Origin: an uncultured Spirochaetia bacterium
GTDB lineage: Bacteria > Spirochaetota > Spirochaetia > CAZKOK01
DNA: 27,222 bases
Direction: 5' to 3'
NCBI GenBank assembly: GCA_964554355.1
Contig: CAZKOK010000001.1
Coordinates: 1-27,222, forward strand
A program made the translations under genes and the position numbers. Numbering within the stretch: the first letter of the stretch is position 1; each line of letters begins with the position of its first letter. The notes below the pieces were generated by a model. The model saw only the letters and a program-made list of their open reading frames with translations. It searched no databases and was not told the DNA's origin. Positions 1 to 8,949 of the stretch are shown piece after piece.

Positions 1-1
1 C

Positions 2-430
2 CTCGAAGACGGTCACGGCGGATTCGGCATTCATATTTTTGCTGATGACATTGTTCAGGGTCCTGCCTGGGGCGCCGGAAACTCCTGGCTTATCTGGCTT
101 AATTACGATGAAGACCCGGAAGGCATTACCCCCGGACTGAGTGCACAGGTATACCACAGCAAGACACATTCAACAATGGAACTTATTGCTGATATTGATC
201 TTAACTGGATAATTGATGATCTTGCATCCGCCGATTACACAATCGAAGATGTGTTTGCCGAACCTATACCGATAAAGCTCACGGTTAACAAACAAACCAG
301 GATGCTGACAATCGCTGATCCTGTACAGGACGATGTTTCTTATGAAGTGGATCTGCCGGGCACTGAACCATTAAGCGGCAAATACATTGTTTTCAGAACC
401 AACGGAATGTCCGCTTCGTTCAGCCAGTAA
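2..430 (+). CDS. Hypothetical protein, 3' part only (5' end lies outside the window)
   Basis: The frame of the 176..430 ORF is open back to base 2 (LEDGHGGFGIHIFADDIVQGPAWGAGNSWLIWLNY...). It ends in TAA at 428-430 and is followed by a hairpin. No family recognised. Confidence 0.75.
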   Translation, partial: LEDGHGGFGIHIFADDIVQGPAWGAGNSWLIWLNYDEDPEGITPGLSAQVYHSKTHSTMELIADIDLNWIIDDLASADYTIEDVFAEPIPIKLTVNKQTRMLTIADPVQDDVSYEVDLPGTEPLSGKYIVFRTNGMSASFSQ

Positions 431-445
431 AATCTCCGGCAATAC

Positions 446-486
446 CGGACATCTGCCTGAATCAAAGCTCAGCAGACAGATGTCCG
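446..486 (+). terminator. Probable intrinsic terminator hairpin
   Basis: CGGACATCTG (446-455) and CAGATGTCCG (477-486) form a perfect 10-bp inverted repeat with an inner CTG/CAG pair. It starts 16 nt after the stop and is followed by TTCTC. Confidence 0.6.
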
Positions 487-563
487 TTCTCAAAAATATA
501 TTTTTTTTGGCAAAACCCTGGAAATTTGACAAAGAAACGGATTATTAATTCTATCGGATATAT

Positions 564-593
564 TTGACTTCCATAACTCTTCTAAACTATCAT
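564..593 (+). promoter_or_regulatory. Sigma70-type promoter for the MCP-SBP pair
   Basis: TTGACT (564-569) - N18 - TATCAT (588-593), with a GGAG Shine-Dalgarno shortly before ATG 644. Confidence 0.5.
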
Positions 594-643
594 TTAATTT
601 AAATCAGTATTTTTATTTTTTTTTTACTTAACGGAGTATGTAA

Positions 644-2500
644 ATGAGTATCCGTTTCAAATTAAATGTGCTAATTGCATCTATTTTTGTATCATTTTTG
701 TTCGCCATTCTTGTTTATTTTATTGCAACGGGACCAATTAATAAAATCCGTGAGGACCAGGAATCTCTGTCAACTCTTTCATCATTCCTGAGCGACATCG
801 CGGTTCATACAGGTAAAACAGTTACTTCTCCGCTGAAACCGCAGTATGATCTGGTTTTTGAAAGCCGGGCCCGCATTGCTGATGTATTTTCTGTGATTGA
901 TAATCTGAAAATTCTGAACAATTCCACCAGGGAAATACAGGTGGCACTTGCAAAAATAAAAAGCCAGAAACAGTATATCGATATTGAAGTTGATACTTTC
1001 CTGTCTGAAATTGAAACGCTGATTGAAGAAACTGAAATTATTCAGGCCGATCAGTCAAAAATCAAGGTCGTGGATATCTATAAATATCTGCTGGAAAAAG
1101 GAATACAGGGCAGGGACGAAAAGAACCTGTTATACAGCATCGAACTCATTTTCAGTGAAATTAATTCGCTTAATCAGAAAATAAATGATTCCATTAATAA
1201 TATCAGCAGCCAGTACAGGGAAATAGAAAGGCAGTCCGGCAAACTTCAGCAGAGAAGCTCTCTGATATCAATAGCAATAATGATTGCCATTATTGGAGCA
1301 GGTGTAATTTTCAGCTATATACTGTCCTCACATATTGAAAAGGCCCTCCGGCATATTCAGAAAAATATACATGAACTTGCAAAAGGCGACCTGACTGTAT
1401 TGTTCAATGTGCACAGGAGGGATGATCTCGGAAAACTGGCCGATCAGCTGAATAATTTCCTCAGCAACATTCAGACGGTAATAAGCCAGATAAAAACTGT
1501 TTCAGCCGAGAACATGAATATTAAAAACACTCTGGTCGATATTGTTCACCATTCTTCAAGCGCCCTTGAAGAAATGAATGCAGGGGTATCGTCAATAAAA
1601 TCACAAATTACTGCCCTGGATGAAAGAATAAATATTTCATCCGACTCAAGCGAAAATATAAACTCAAGCGTAAAAGACCTGGATAATCAGGTAATTGAAC
1701 AAAGCAGTATGGTTGAAGAAACTTCCTCGGCAGTTACTGAAATGATTTCATCCATTGACAATGTTGCAAAGATAACCAACACCAAAAGAGAAACCACCAA
1801 CAGTCTCGTCCAGATTGCAAAGGAAGGGGGAGAAAAGCTGTCATCGACAGTTAAAATAATCGAAGATATAAATGAAAACCTTGACAACGTAAGTGATGTT
1901 ACCAAAATAATTATCGGTATTGCTGCGCAGACAAATCTGCTTGCTCTTAACGCTGCCATAGAAGCCGCCCATGCCGGAGAAGCCGGGAAAGGGTTTTCCG
2001 TAGTGGCCCAGGAAATAAGAAAACTTGCCGAGGCCGTAAATTCGCAGTCAAAGAAAATCAAGACCGACATCCAAAACATCATTTCAAAGATCAAAGATGC
2101 AGTAATGCAGAGTAATGATACGCTTGAGTCTTTCCATGTAATAAATAAAGAAATTGAATCTGTGGATGAATCCCTGTCCGAAATTACAGACACCATGCGC
2201 GAACTCAATGCAGGAGGAAAGCAGATAATCGATGCAATTGTGAATCTCAGAAATATTACGGTAAAAGTAACCGATGCATCGAAAATAATCACTGATAATG
2301 CAGACGAATCCTTTATGTCACTGAAGACTGTACAGGAAATCTCCCTTTCGGCTAAAGAGAGTATCGGCGAACTGTCAAACGGTATTAATGAAATTACCAG
2401 CTCAATGAATACAACAAATGGACTATCTGCAGAAATGTCAAATACAAGCGAAACTCTCGACAGGGAAATACATTTTTTCAAAACGTCAAACAATAAATGA
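644..2500 (+). CDS. Methyl-accepting chemotaxis protein (2 TM, periplasmic sensor, HAMP, signalling domain)
   Basis: N-terminal TM, about 175-aa periplasmic region, second TM ([22 protein letters not shown]), HAMP (LAKGDLT...[13 protein letters not shown]) and the MCP hairpin signature [36 protein letters not shown]. Confidence 0.96.
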   Translation: MSIRFKLNVLIASIFVSFLFAILVYFIATGPINKIREDQESLSTLSSFLSDIAVHTGKTVTSPLKPQYDLVFESRARIADVFSVIDNLKILNNSTREIQVALAKIKSQKQYIDIEVDTFLSEIETLIEETEIIQADQSKIKVVDIYKYLLEKGIQGRDEKNLLYSIELIFSEINSLNQKINDSINNISSQYREIERQSGKLQQRSSLISIAIMIAIIGAGVIFSYILSSHIEKALRHIQKNIHELAKGDLTVLFNVHRRDDLGKLADQLNNFLSNIQTVISQIKTVSAENMNIKNTLVDIVHHSSSALEEMNAGVSSIKSQITALDERINISSDSSENINSSVKDLDNQVIEQSSMVEETSSAVTEMISSIDNVAKITNTKRETTNSLVQIAKEGGEKLSSTVKIIEDINENLDNVSDVTKIIIGIAAQTNLLALNAAIEAAHAGEAGKGFSVVAQEIRKLAEAVNSQSKKIKTDIQNIISKIKDAVMQSNDTLESFHVINKEIESVDESLSEITDTMRELNAGGKQIIDAIVNLRNITVKVTDASKIITDNADESFMSLKTVQEISLSAKESIGELSNGINEITSSMNTTNGLSAEMSNTSETLDREIHFFKTSNNK

Positions 2501-2551
2501 AACATAACGGACTAAAAAGTCCTTGATAATAAATATGAGAGGAGATTTATT

Positions 2552-3778
2552 ATGAAAAATAAAAACCTGACAGGCGTGCTGATTGTTCTGGTTTTGACCC
2601 TGTTTCTGATTCTTTCATCATGTTCATCAAAACCTGAAAAGGAAAAAATCGTTATAGGAGCTTCCAGATCCCAGGTCGGTCCGCTTGCTATCTTTGAGCA
2701 GCTTTCATTCGGACCGATTTACAAGATGTGGCAGGAAGAAGTAAATGCCGCAGGCGGTATTTATGTAAAGGAATATGACAAAAAACTGCCCGTAGAGATC
2801 ATAGTTTATGATGATGAAAGCGACATAAACAAAATGACAGCCAATCTGGAAAAACTGATTAATGAGGACAAGGTTGACCTGCTCTTTCCGCCGGCAGGAA
2901 CAGACATGCTTTTTGCTGCGGCTCCGATTATCACTGAATATGAATATGTACTGATAGGAGCCGAAGGCGGAGCATCGAGGCTTGCAGAAATAATCAAGGA
3001 TTATCCGTATTTCTTTTCTGTGCTGAATTTTTCAACACATTATCAGGTACCGGTCTTTGCAGACATTATGGAAGACCAGGGCGTAAAAACAGCTGCTATA
3101 GTTTCCCTGGCTGATCTTCACGGACAGGAATACCTGACAGCCATAGAACCTCTTTTAAAACAGAAAGGAATTGATGTTCTGGTAAAAAGAAGCATCCCGG
3201 TTGATACAACAGATTTTATGCCCATCCTCACGGAAGCCAGGGACGCTGATGTAGATGCTTTTATGATTTTTGCATATCCTGAACAGGTAATGCCCTGTGT
3301 GGAACAGTCTGTCGCGCTGAACTTCAATCCTGATCTGTATCTTGTAGGTCCCGGCGGTAATTTCCAGTTTTTTGCAGAAACATTTCCGGCCGAAGGAGTC
3401 ATGAGCTGGGGCGCATGGAACGCCAAAGTTTCTCCGGAACTTAAAGCATTTGCTGAAAAAATGGCAGCACGCAATGGTGCGGAGAATCTGGACTGGTGGG
3501 GACATAATGTCTATTATGCAAGCCTTCAGTTCCTGCAGCAGGCTATTGAAAAGGCCGGGACCCTGGATCAGAAAAAGCTGAGAGACACCATAGAAAACAG
3601 CAAATTTGATACAATTATCGGGCCTACATGGTTTGATGACAACCATCTTCTTGCTGTAGAAGCATACAATGGTCAGGTTGGGCAGTGGCAGAATGGAATA
3701 TTTGAAGTAATCGGACCTTCTGATAAAGCCACAGCGGATGTTGTTTATCCGAAACCTCCATGGCCTTCTGCACCATAA
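2552..3778 (+). CDS. Type I periplasmic solute-binding lipoprotein (LivJ/HAAT-like family)
   Basis: Lipobox LILSS-C and a GAGGAG RBS. LivJ-like motifs: SQVGPLA...WQEEVNAAGGIYV, VEIIVYDDESD, LEKLINEDKVDLL, AIEKAGTLDQKKLRDTI, FDTIIGPTWFD. Confidence 0.9.
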   Translation: MKNKNLTGVLIVLVLTLFLILSSCSSKPEKEKIVIGASRSQVGPLAIFEQLSFGPIYKMWQEEVNAAGGIYVKEYDKKLPVEIIVYDDESDINKMTANLEKLINEDKVDLLFPPAGTDMLFAAAPIITEYEYVLIGAEGGASRLAEIIKDYPYFFSVLNFSTHYQVPVFADIMEDQGVKTAAIVSLADLHGQEYLTAIEPLLKQKGIDVLVKRSIPVDTTDFMPILTEARDADVDAFMIFAYPEQVMPCVEQSVALNFNPDLYLVGPGGNFQFFAETFPAEGVMSWGAWNAKVSPELKAFAEKMAARNGAENLDWWGHNVYYASLQFLQQAIEKAGTLDQKKLRDTIENSKFDTIIGPTWFDDNHLLAVEAYNGQVGQWQNGIFEVIGPSDKATADVVYPKPPWPSAP

Positions 3779-3784
3779 CGGAAA

Positions 3785-3816
3785 AAAAGACTGTCTGCTA
3801 ATACAGACAGTCTTTT
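3785..3816. terminator. Bidirectional intrinsic terminator between convergent genes
   Basis: AAAAGACTGTCTG-ctaata-CAGACAGTCTTTT is a 13-bp perfect stem with A/T tracts on both sides, lying between the stops at 3778 (+) and 3820 (-). Confidence 0.88.
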
Positions 3817-3819
3817 CAT

Positions 3820-4919
3820 TTACTTAAATACAACAGTACAGCTGAAACCGTTATCTGATCCGAACAAAATCTTTCCCTGCAGCTGCTCCTGTGTCAGGAC
3901 CTTCACAATATGCAGATGGTGACTCGAAATTGATTCAAAATCAAAATCTGCAGGAAACCCTACTCCGTTATCAGCAACATTCAGCACTATTTCACTATCA
4001 TCGTTACGCCATTTAGAGGTTGTGATAATACAGTTATCATTCCTGCCCTGAAAAGCGTACTTTACCGCATTTGAATATAATTCATTCAGAATCAGGCCGC
4101 AGGGAATTGCAGACTGTATCGGAACATCAATATCATTCATTTGCGACCGGAAATCAATTTTACCGGTAAGGTCCTGATAACTCGCTTTTATGGAATCAAT
4201 CAGGTTTTCAAGATAAAGCTTCAGATTGATTATATCAAGATTGTCCTGCTGATAAAGCTGCTGATGGACCAGGGCCATTGAGTAAATCCTGCTCTGGACA
4301 TCCGTCAGAATAGACCGGGTTTCACCGTATTTTGCATAACCCTTCTGCTGGTTACTGTGGGAAATCAGAATCGTAAAACCTGTCGGCCATGCTGTCATTG
4401 TCAGGTTGCCTGCCAGAACGATTATAACCTGAAATCCCGGGCTATTCAGAAACTCACCGGAAAATCCGCTAATTAAAGTTGCCGGAATACGCACAATCAA
4501 CACTGCAAACTGAATCAGAAAACCCGCTATCATAAGAACACCCGGCAGCGAAGTTTCTCTTCGTCTTTTTTTCAGCAGGACCAGTGAGGCTCCTGCAACC
4601 ATCGAAGCAGTCGCGGATACTGATACAATTCTAACCGACAAAATCGGATGAAAAATACCGAATATTATTTGTTCTGAAAAAATAAAACCAATTATCAGTA
4701 TGAAGAAAATAATTATTCCCGATGAAATCTTAAGGCCAAAAAAAAGCCCTAGTCCTGCAGTGCAATCAGAAAATTCCCTGCAATATTCAGAGCCACACCA
4801 ATAGTAAAAAGCCGGATCCCGTTATATTCTTTCCGGTAATTTACCCAGACAAAAAACAGATAAATTGTCAGCATTGCAGATATAACTGAGGAAACCAGAA
4901 ATATTGTTTTTAATTCCAT
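3820..4919 (-). pseudogene. Disrupted membrane sensor histidine kinase (HisKA_2/HATPase_c type)
   Basis: ATG 4919 gives MELKTIFLV...NFLIALQD* (stop at 4749). The hydrophobic reading continues in another frame (GLGLFFGLKISSGIIIFFILIIG...) into ORF 3820..4641. That ORF has SRIYSMALVHQQLY, the N-box LILNELYSNAVKYAF and the G1 box VADNGVGFP, but no EIHHRVKNN H-box. Confidence 0.8.
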
Positions 4920-4989
4920 ACCCGGCATATTAACCTGTATCTTGAATGATTACAGATACAGGCAGACAAATCAAGCCGGTACGGAATTT

Positions 4990-5388
4990 TCAAAGAATTA
5001 CAGGAACAAAATATCCCAGGAACAGCAGAAAGAATACGGCTGTCAGAATATAATGAAGCGCCGACATTGCGCTTCCTTTCTTCGGCTTGAAATATACCAG
5101 CTGCCATACAGTCCGCCATAACCAGAACCCAGATATCAATACCAGAAAACAGATGCTCATGGTGCTTTCATCAAGCAGCTGTAAAAAGTTTACTGCCGTA
5201 AAAACCGAAACTACTGCAAAAAACAGGATCAGGGCCAGATGAATTGTAAATAAAATTCTTTTGTTTGTCGAACTCACATTTTTTGCTTCTGTCTTCCATT
5301 TGAATATCACGGGAAAGGAAATGTGAAAAGCCGTCATAAGCACGGTCAGACCGCAGCCTGCCGCAAGAGCAATTTTTTCAATAATCAT
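4990..5388 (-). CDS. Hypothetical membrane protein (about 4 TM), 132 aa
   Basis: Start moved to ATG 5388 (MIIEKIAL) because AGGAG lies 7 nt upstream. Four hydrophobic segments. Confidence 0.8.
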   Translation of the reverse strand: MIIEKIALAAGCGLTVLMTAFHISFPVIFKWKTEAKNVSSTNKRILFTIHLALILFFAVVSVFTAVNFLQLLDESTMSICFLVLISGFWLWRTVWQLVYFKPKKGSAMSALHYILTAVFFLLFLGYFVPVIL

Positions 5389-5417
5389 ATTGTTACTCCT
5401 TATTATTATTGTTTCAT

Positions 5418-5819
5418 TTACATGCCATTCTTTATCAGGAACCATTCAAATGATGCTTCGAGGGTTTTATTGTCTTCGGAGTCAGTCAAATTTACATTCA
5501 GAGTGATCCCTGCTCTTCCCCTGTCCATTATTTTACCCGCAAGGTTTTTCTCGTCTTCATCAGCAGCTGATACTTCTGCTTTAAGTTCAGTTTGAGCAGG
5601 ATTCCGGTAGCGCAGCGAAGATTTTCTGACAAGTCCGATGATTTCGTTTTTAAATTCCGGAAATTTGTCCTGCAGATATCTGCCCGAAGCAAATTCAGCA
5701 AGCGCAAACTGGGCCGCGGCATGCATGGTGCCGACATGGTTTATATTCTGTTCTTCCGCCGGAAGAACCAGATTCCCATCGTTATCTTCGCTGATATTCA
5801 AAAAGCTGATTATTTTCAT
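5418..5819 (-). CDS. Hot-dog fold thioesterase-like protein (YiiD C-terminal/DUF4442/PaaI-like)
   Basis: The motif NINHVGTMHAAAQFALAEFASG followed by SSLRYRNPA is typical of hot-dog thioesterases. Start taken at ATG 5819; ATG 5849 is an alternative. Confidence 0.8.
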   Translation of the reverse strand: MKIISFLNISEDNDGNLVLPAEEQNINHVGTMHAAAQFALAEFASGRYLQDKFPEFKNEIIGLVRKSSLRYRNPAQTELKAEVSAADEDEKNLAGKIMDRGRAGITLNVNLTDSEDNKTLEASFEWFLIKNGM

Positions 5820-5851
5820 ATTCAATTTACTATTACCTTCACCTTTCATAA

Positions 5852-5908
5852 ATAGACAAGTCGGTCTATTCGCCAAGTATAGCCTGAATAGACAAAGTTG
5901 TCTATAAT
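5852..5908. promoter_or_regulatory. Divergent promoters with two ATAGAC-N6-GTCTAT operators
   Basis: Palindromes at 5852-5869 and 5888-5905. Minus-strand promoter TAGACA (5899-5904) - N17 - TATACT (5876-5881). Plus-strand TATAAT at 5903-5908, 6 nt before the TetR ATG. Confidence 0.8.
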
Positions 5909-5914
5909 AAAACC

Positions 5915-6490
5915 ATGAATATTTCAATCAGTTCACTGAAAAAAAGCAATAAACCAAGAGAGCGTATTATCAGCGCCGCCTACAAACTGTTTTACAGCAA
6001 GGGTTTTTCTGAAACCGGAATAAATGAGATTCTGGAAGAATCCGGTTCCCACAAAGCCAGCCTTTACCGTTATTTCGAATCGAAAACAGATCTGGGGAAA
6101 ATTACACTTTCGCTTGAACAGGCCAGGTTTCTTTCATTTCTTAAAAGAGCACTGCTGAAATTCGGAAATTACAGTGTATTCGTAAATTTCTGGGTAAAAA
6201 CAGTAAAACGGACAATGACCGGGCCTTTCGGCAGAGGATGCCCGTTTGTCAGATATTTCCAGACCGGCAATGAGCCGAATTTCAACGATATTATCCGGGA
6301 CGTATTCCGGCAGGCCGAAATTCTTTTAACTGATTATTTTATAAAGTCAGCCGGTATGGAAAAAGGGAAAGCTGAAAATACCGCAGCAAAGGCCTTGACC
6401 ATATATGAAGGATCTGTCCAGATGGTTGTTCTGAAAAATGATCCGGGATATTTCAGCGTTATGGAGCAGCTGCTTCTTGATATAATATAA
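5915..6490 (+). CDS. TetR/AcrR family regulator (NemR/LmrA-like)
   Basis: N-terminal TetR HTH (RERIISAAYKLFYSKGFSETGINEILEESGSHKASLYRYFESK) and a GCP motif in the C-terminal domain. Confidence 0.92.
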   Translation: MNISISSLKKSNKPRERIISAAYKLFYSKGFSETGINEILEESGSHKASLYRYFESKTDLGKITLSLEQARFLSFLKRALLKFGNYSVFVNFWVKTVKRTMTGPFGRGCPFVRYFQTGNEPNFNDIIRDVFRQAEILLTDYFIKSAGMEKGKAENTAAKALTIYEGSVQMVVLKNDPGYFSVMEQLLLDII

Positions 6491-6546
6491 TTGCCAAAAA
6501 GGCATCCCGCGAAAACAGGACGCGGCAGAATCTCCGTCATGGACCG

Positions 6547-7251
6547 TCAGTTTTTAACTTTAACTCTATGAAACATTTCCTGTTCCATTTTAATGAAAAA
6601 AGTAAGGAAATCTTCCCTGGTTTTGAATTTCCGCAATTCGTCAATATTTGATTCATGACGAAGAACATCTGTCAGCTTGGCAAGTACCCTGAGATGAACG
6701 GTTTCACTGTCGGTAATCAGCAGGAAAAAAACATGCGTCGGCATTCCGTCAAGCGATGAAAAATCAATGCCCGCAGATGACAATCCTATCACAATCCGCG
6801 GTTCGTTAATAATTCTGTCCGAAGGCTTTCTGATATGCGGGATTGCAATTCCCTTGCCTATTGCAGTTGAAATTATCTGTTCCCTTTCTTTGAGTTTTTT
6901 CAGGAATTCGGATTTATTGCTGACAAGATTTGATCTGAAAGCATTTTCGGCAAGTTCTGCAAGAGCACTGTTCTTGTCGGCAGCAGTCATTTCAAGAATT
7001 ATATTTTCTTCTTTTATCAGTCTTGAGAGTGGAACAAAATCATATTCAGCCTCAATCAGTCTGGACAGGTCATTCTGCGGAATAACTTCCATCTTTGACG
7101 TGATCCAGTCTTCGAGCATCATCCTGGAAAATCTCCACTGATTTGCCATTTTTGCGCATGGAATCTCCGAGTTTTTCACCATTTTAAGCACAGTTTTTTC
7201 CGAAAGCTGAAGAAACTCCGCAACTTCAGCCAGTGTCATAAGCTGGTCCAT
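6547..7251 (-). CDS. ptsN: Excisionase-like HTH fused to a PTS EIIA (Ntr/Fru-type) domain
   Basis: N-terminal LMTLAEVAEFLQLSEKTVLKMVKNSEIPCAKMANQWRF (HTH_17-like). The C-terminal EIIA has STAIGKGIAIPH (phospho-His motif) and GIDFSSLDGMPTHVFFLL...HLRVLAKL. Start taken at ATG 7251; ATG 7272 is an alternative. Confidence 0.88.
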   Translation of the reverse strand: MDQLMTLAEVAEFLQLSEKTVLKMVKNSEIPCAKMANQWRFSRMMLEDWITSKMEVIPQNDLSRLIEAEYDFVPLSRLIKEENIILEMTAADKNSALAELAENAFRSNLVSNKSEFLKKLKEREQIISTAIGKGIAIPHIRKPSDRIINEPRIVIGLSSAGIDFSSLDGMPTHVFFLLITDSETVHLRVLAKLTDVLRHESNIDELRKFKTREDFLTFFIKMEQEMFHRVKVKN

Positions 7252-7307
7252 AACTACCCCATATCCTCCCATGTTCCTTTATTTTCCTTTATATTCCTTC
7301 ATTTACC

Positions 7308-7336
7308 AATATATAGTATTAATCGGCTGAATTCAA
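7308..7336 (-). promoter_or_regulatory. Sigma70-type promoter for HTH-EIIA
   Basis: Minus-strand TTGAAT (7331-7336) - N17 - TATATT (7308-7313). Confidence 0.5.
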
Positions 7337-7417
7337 GTGAATTGAAAAACCAGTACGGGTCTGTCCCCATTTCCCTGTTCGTGTTATTCGAAGTTTATAA
7401 TTTATGATTATCTTTTC

Positions 7418-7446
7418 TTGCGTTTCTGTAACCGATGGGTTACAAT
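7418..7446 (+). promoter_or_regulatory. TetR promoter overlapped by a TGTAAC-N6-GTTACA operator
   Basis: TTGCGT (7418-7423) - N17 - TACAAT (7441-7446). The perfect palindrome TGTAACC-gatg-GGTTACA at 7427-7444 covers the spacer and the -10. Confidence 0.8.
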
Positions 7447-7453
7447 ATGAGAT

Positions 7454-8113
7454 ATGAGCAGCAACGAAGGACGTCCGAGGGACAAGGAAAACACAAAAAA
7501 AATTCTGGTTAATACGGTTATCGAGATACTGGAAAAAGAGGGATTTTCGGCCCTTGGTATAAATTCAATTGCAGAACATGCAAATGTAAACAAGGTGCTT
7601 ATTTACAGGTATTTCGGCGGGCTGCCGGGGCTGCTTAAGGCGGTTACCGATACTCTTGATATGACAAAGACCGGGCTTATCAGTCTCGGATCCCAAAATC
7701 CCGGGGGAGTTCCCGATCTCGGGAAAATGTTCAAAGACGGCTTTCTTTCAATGCACGAACAGCTGAAGAAAGACAACCTGACTATAGAACTGATGATTCA
7801 GGAACTTAGCCGGGAAAACGAGCTTACCAGAAGCCTTGCGGAAGCCAGGGAAGAGCAGGGTCTGAAAATAACTGAAAAAGTCGGGGAATTTCTGTCTGCC
7901 CTGCCCCTGAATTCTTCTGAAAACAAACCTGACCTGCAGGCGGTTTTCGCGGCTGCTTCTGCCGCAATATATTATCTTACCCTCAGGGCAAGGACCGTAA
8001 AAATGTTTAACGGCGTTGATATTCAAAGCCGGGAAGGCTGGAACAGGATATGCGACTGTCTGGCAGGCCTGATTGAAAAAAGCCTGACAGACAATCCCCC
8101 GAAAAAAAAATAA
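7454..8113 (+). CDS. TetR/AcrR family regulator
   Basis: GRPRDKENTKKILVNTVIEILEKEGFSALGINSIAEHANVNKVLIYRYFGG is a TetR HTH. Confidence 0.93.
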   Translation: MSSNEGRPRDKENTKKILVNTVIEILEKEGFSALGINSIAEHANVNKVLIYRYFGGLPGLLKAVTDTLDMTKTGLISLGSQNPGGVPDLGKMFKDGFLSMHEQLKKDNLTIELMIQELSRENELTRSLAEAREEQGLKITEKVGEFLSALPLNSSENKPDLQAVFAAASAAIYYLTLRARTVKMFNGVDIQSREGWNRICDCLAGLIEKSLTDNPPKKK

Positions 8114-8117
8114 TCAA

Positions 8118-8897
8118 TTATTCAGACTCCTCATTTTCCCAATGGACTCTGACTGATTCAATAATTTTCAATGCTGAATCTATCCCGCTTAAATCTTCAT
8201 AAATTCTTCCATCTGCCCCGGAAGCTGAGCCGTGGCCGATTAACTTAAATTCTGCTCCATTCTCATCAGGCTCACTCAGTTTTACGACCGCTCTGCAAAC
8301 CAGCGAAGGCTGTCCGCTGCCGTATTTCCCTCCGTTATAATCGGGGTCTCCCGGTCCAGATTCAGCCATGTATCTTTCATTAAAATCAGTTGAATGATTT
8401 ACCTCCAGGCAGACCACAAACTCCTCAAGTCCGTCAGCTGAAGATGCAAGAAGCGAAAACCCTTCTTTGGGCGATGCCTGGCTTATTTCATCCGTCAGCG
8501 GCTGGTCCTTTGTCGGCATCGGAAGGCCGTCAGCTGCAAGAACATTTCTTTTCCATGCCCAGACCGGCAGTGCTTCGGGCCGGCGAATCATGTTCCCGGT
8601 AAGCGGATCACCGGATGCCCTGAGCCAACCCTGTCGTCCGCTTTTTTGCGTTACAAACAGCGTTTCCAGATATTTGCCGTCAGTTGTTTCCGCCCAGAAC
8701 ACCATCTGGGGAGAATTCTTCAGTTTGAAAAACAGAAAAAGCGGAAAATCATGCAGATACTCTTCTCCCTGCTCAATGCTTATTTCAAGCACCCTGCCTT
8801 CGCCTGTCCGGGCATCTGTTATTTTTTCTCCGTTCCCGTTTGCCCAGGTTGAAAAACTTCCCGTCAGAATAATAAATAACACTGATATTTTTTTCAT
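8118..8897 (-). CDS. Exported protein, DUF2271-like, 259 aa
   Basis: Has its own RBS (AAGGAG, 6 nt upstream of ATG 8897) and a signal peptide MKKISVLFIILTGSFSTWA. Motifs PQMVFWAETTDGKYLETLFVT and RRPEALPVW resemble DUF2271. The track ORF 8118..9452 is a frameshift-caused fusion with the upstream gene. Confidence 0.75.
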   Translation of the reverse strand: MKKISVLFIILTGSFSTWANGNGEKITDARTGEGRVLEISIEQGEEYLHDFPLFLFFKLKNSPQMVFWAETTDGKYLETLFVTQKSGRQGWLRASGDPLTGNMIRRPEALPVWAWKRNVLAADGLPMPTKDQPLTDEISQASPKEGFSLLASSADGLEEFVVCLEVNHSTDFNERYMAESGPGDPDYNGGKYGSGQPSLVCRAVVKLSEPDENGAEFKLIGHGSASGADGRIYEDLSGIDSALKIIESVRVHWENEESE

Positions 8898-8916
8898 TTT
8901 CTTCTCCTTCAAATCT

Positions 8917-8934
8917 TGTAACCTATTGGTTACT
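8917..8934. promoter_or_regulatory. TetR operator copy TGTAAC-ctattg-GTTACt
   Basis: 11 of 12 conserved positions match the 7427 palindrome. It lies 20 nt upstream of the DUF2271-like start. Confidence 0.7.
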
Positions 8935-8949
8935 CTATGCATAAATAAA

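Noticed and set aside
1687-2505. 272-aa minus-strand ORF
   Set aside because: Antisense shadow of the MCP signalling domain, with no RBS or recognisable motif.
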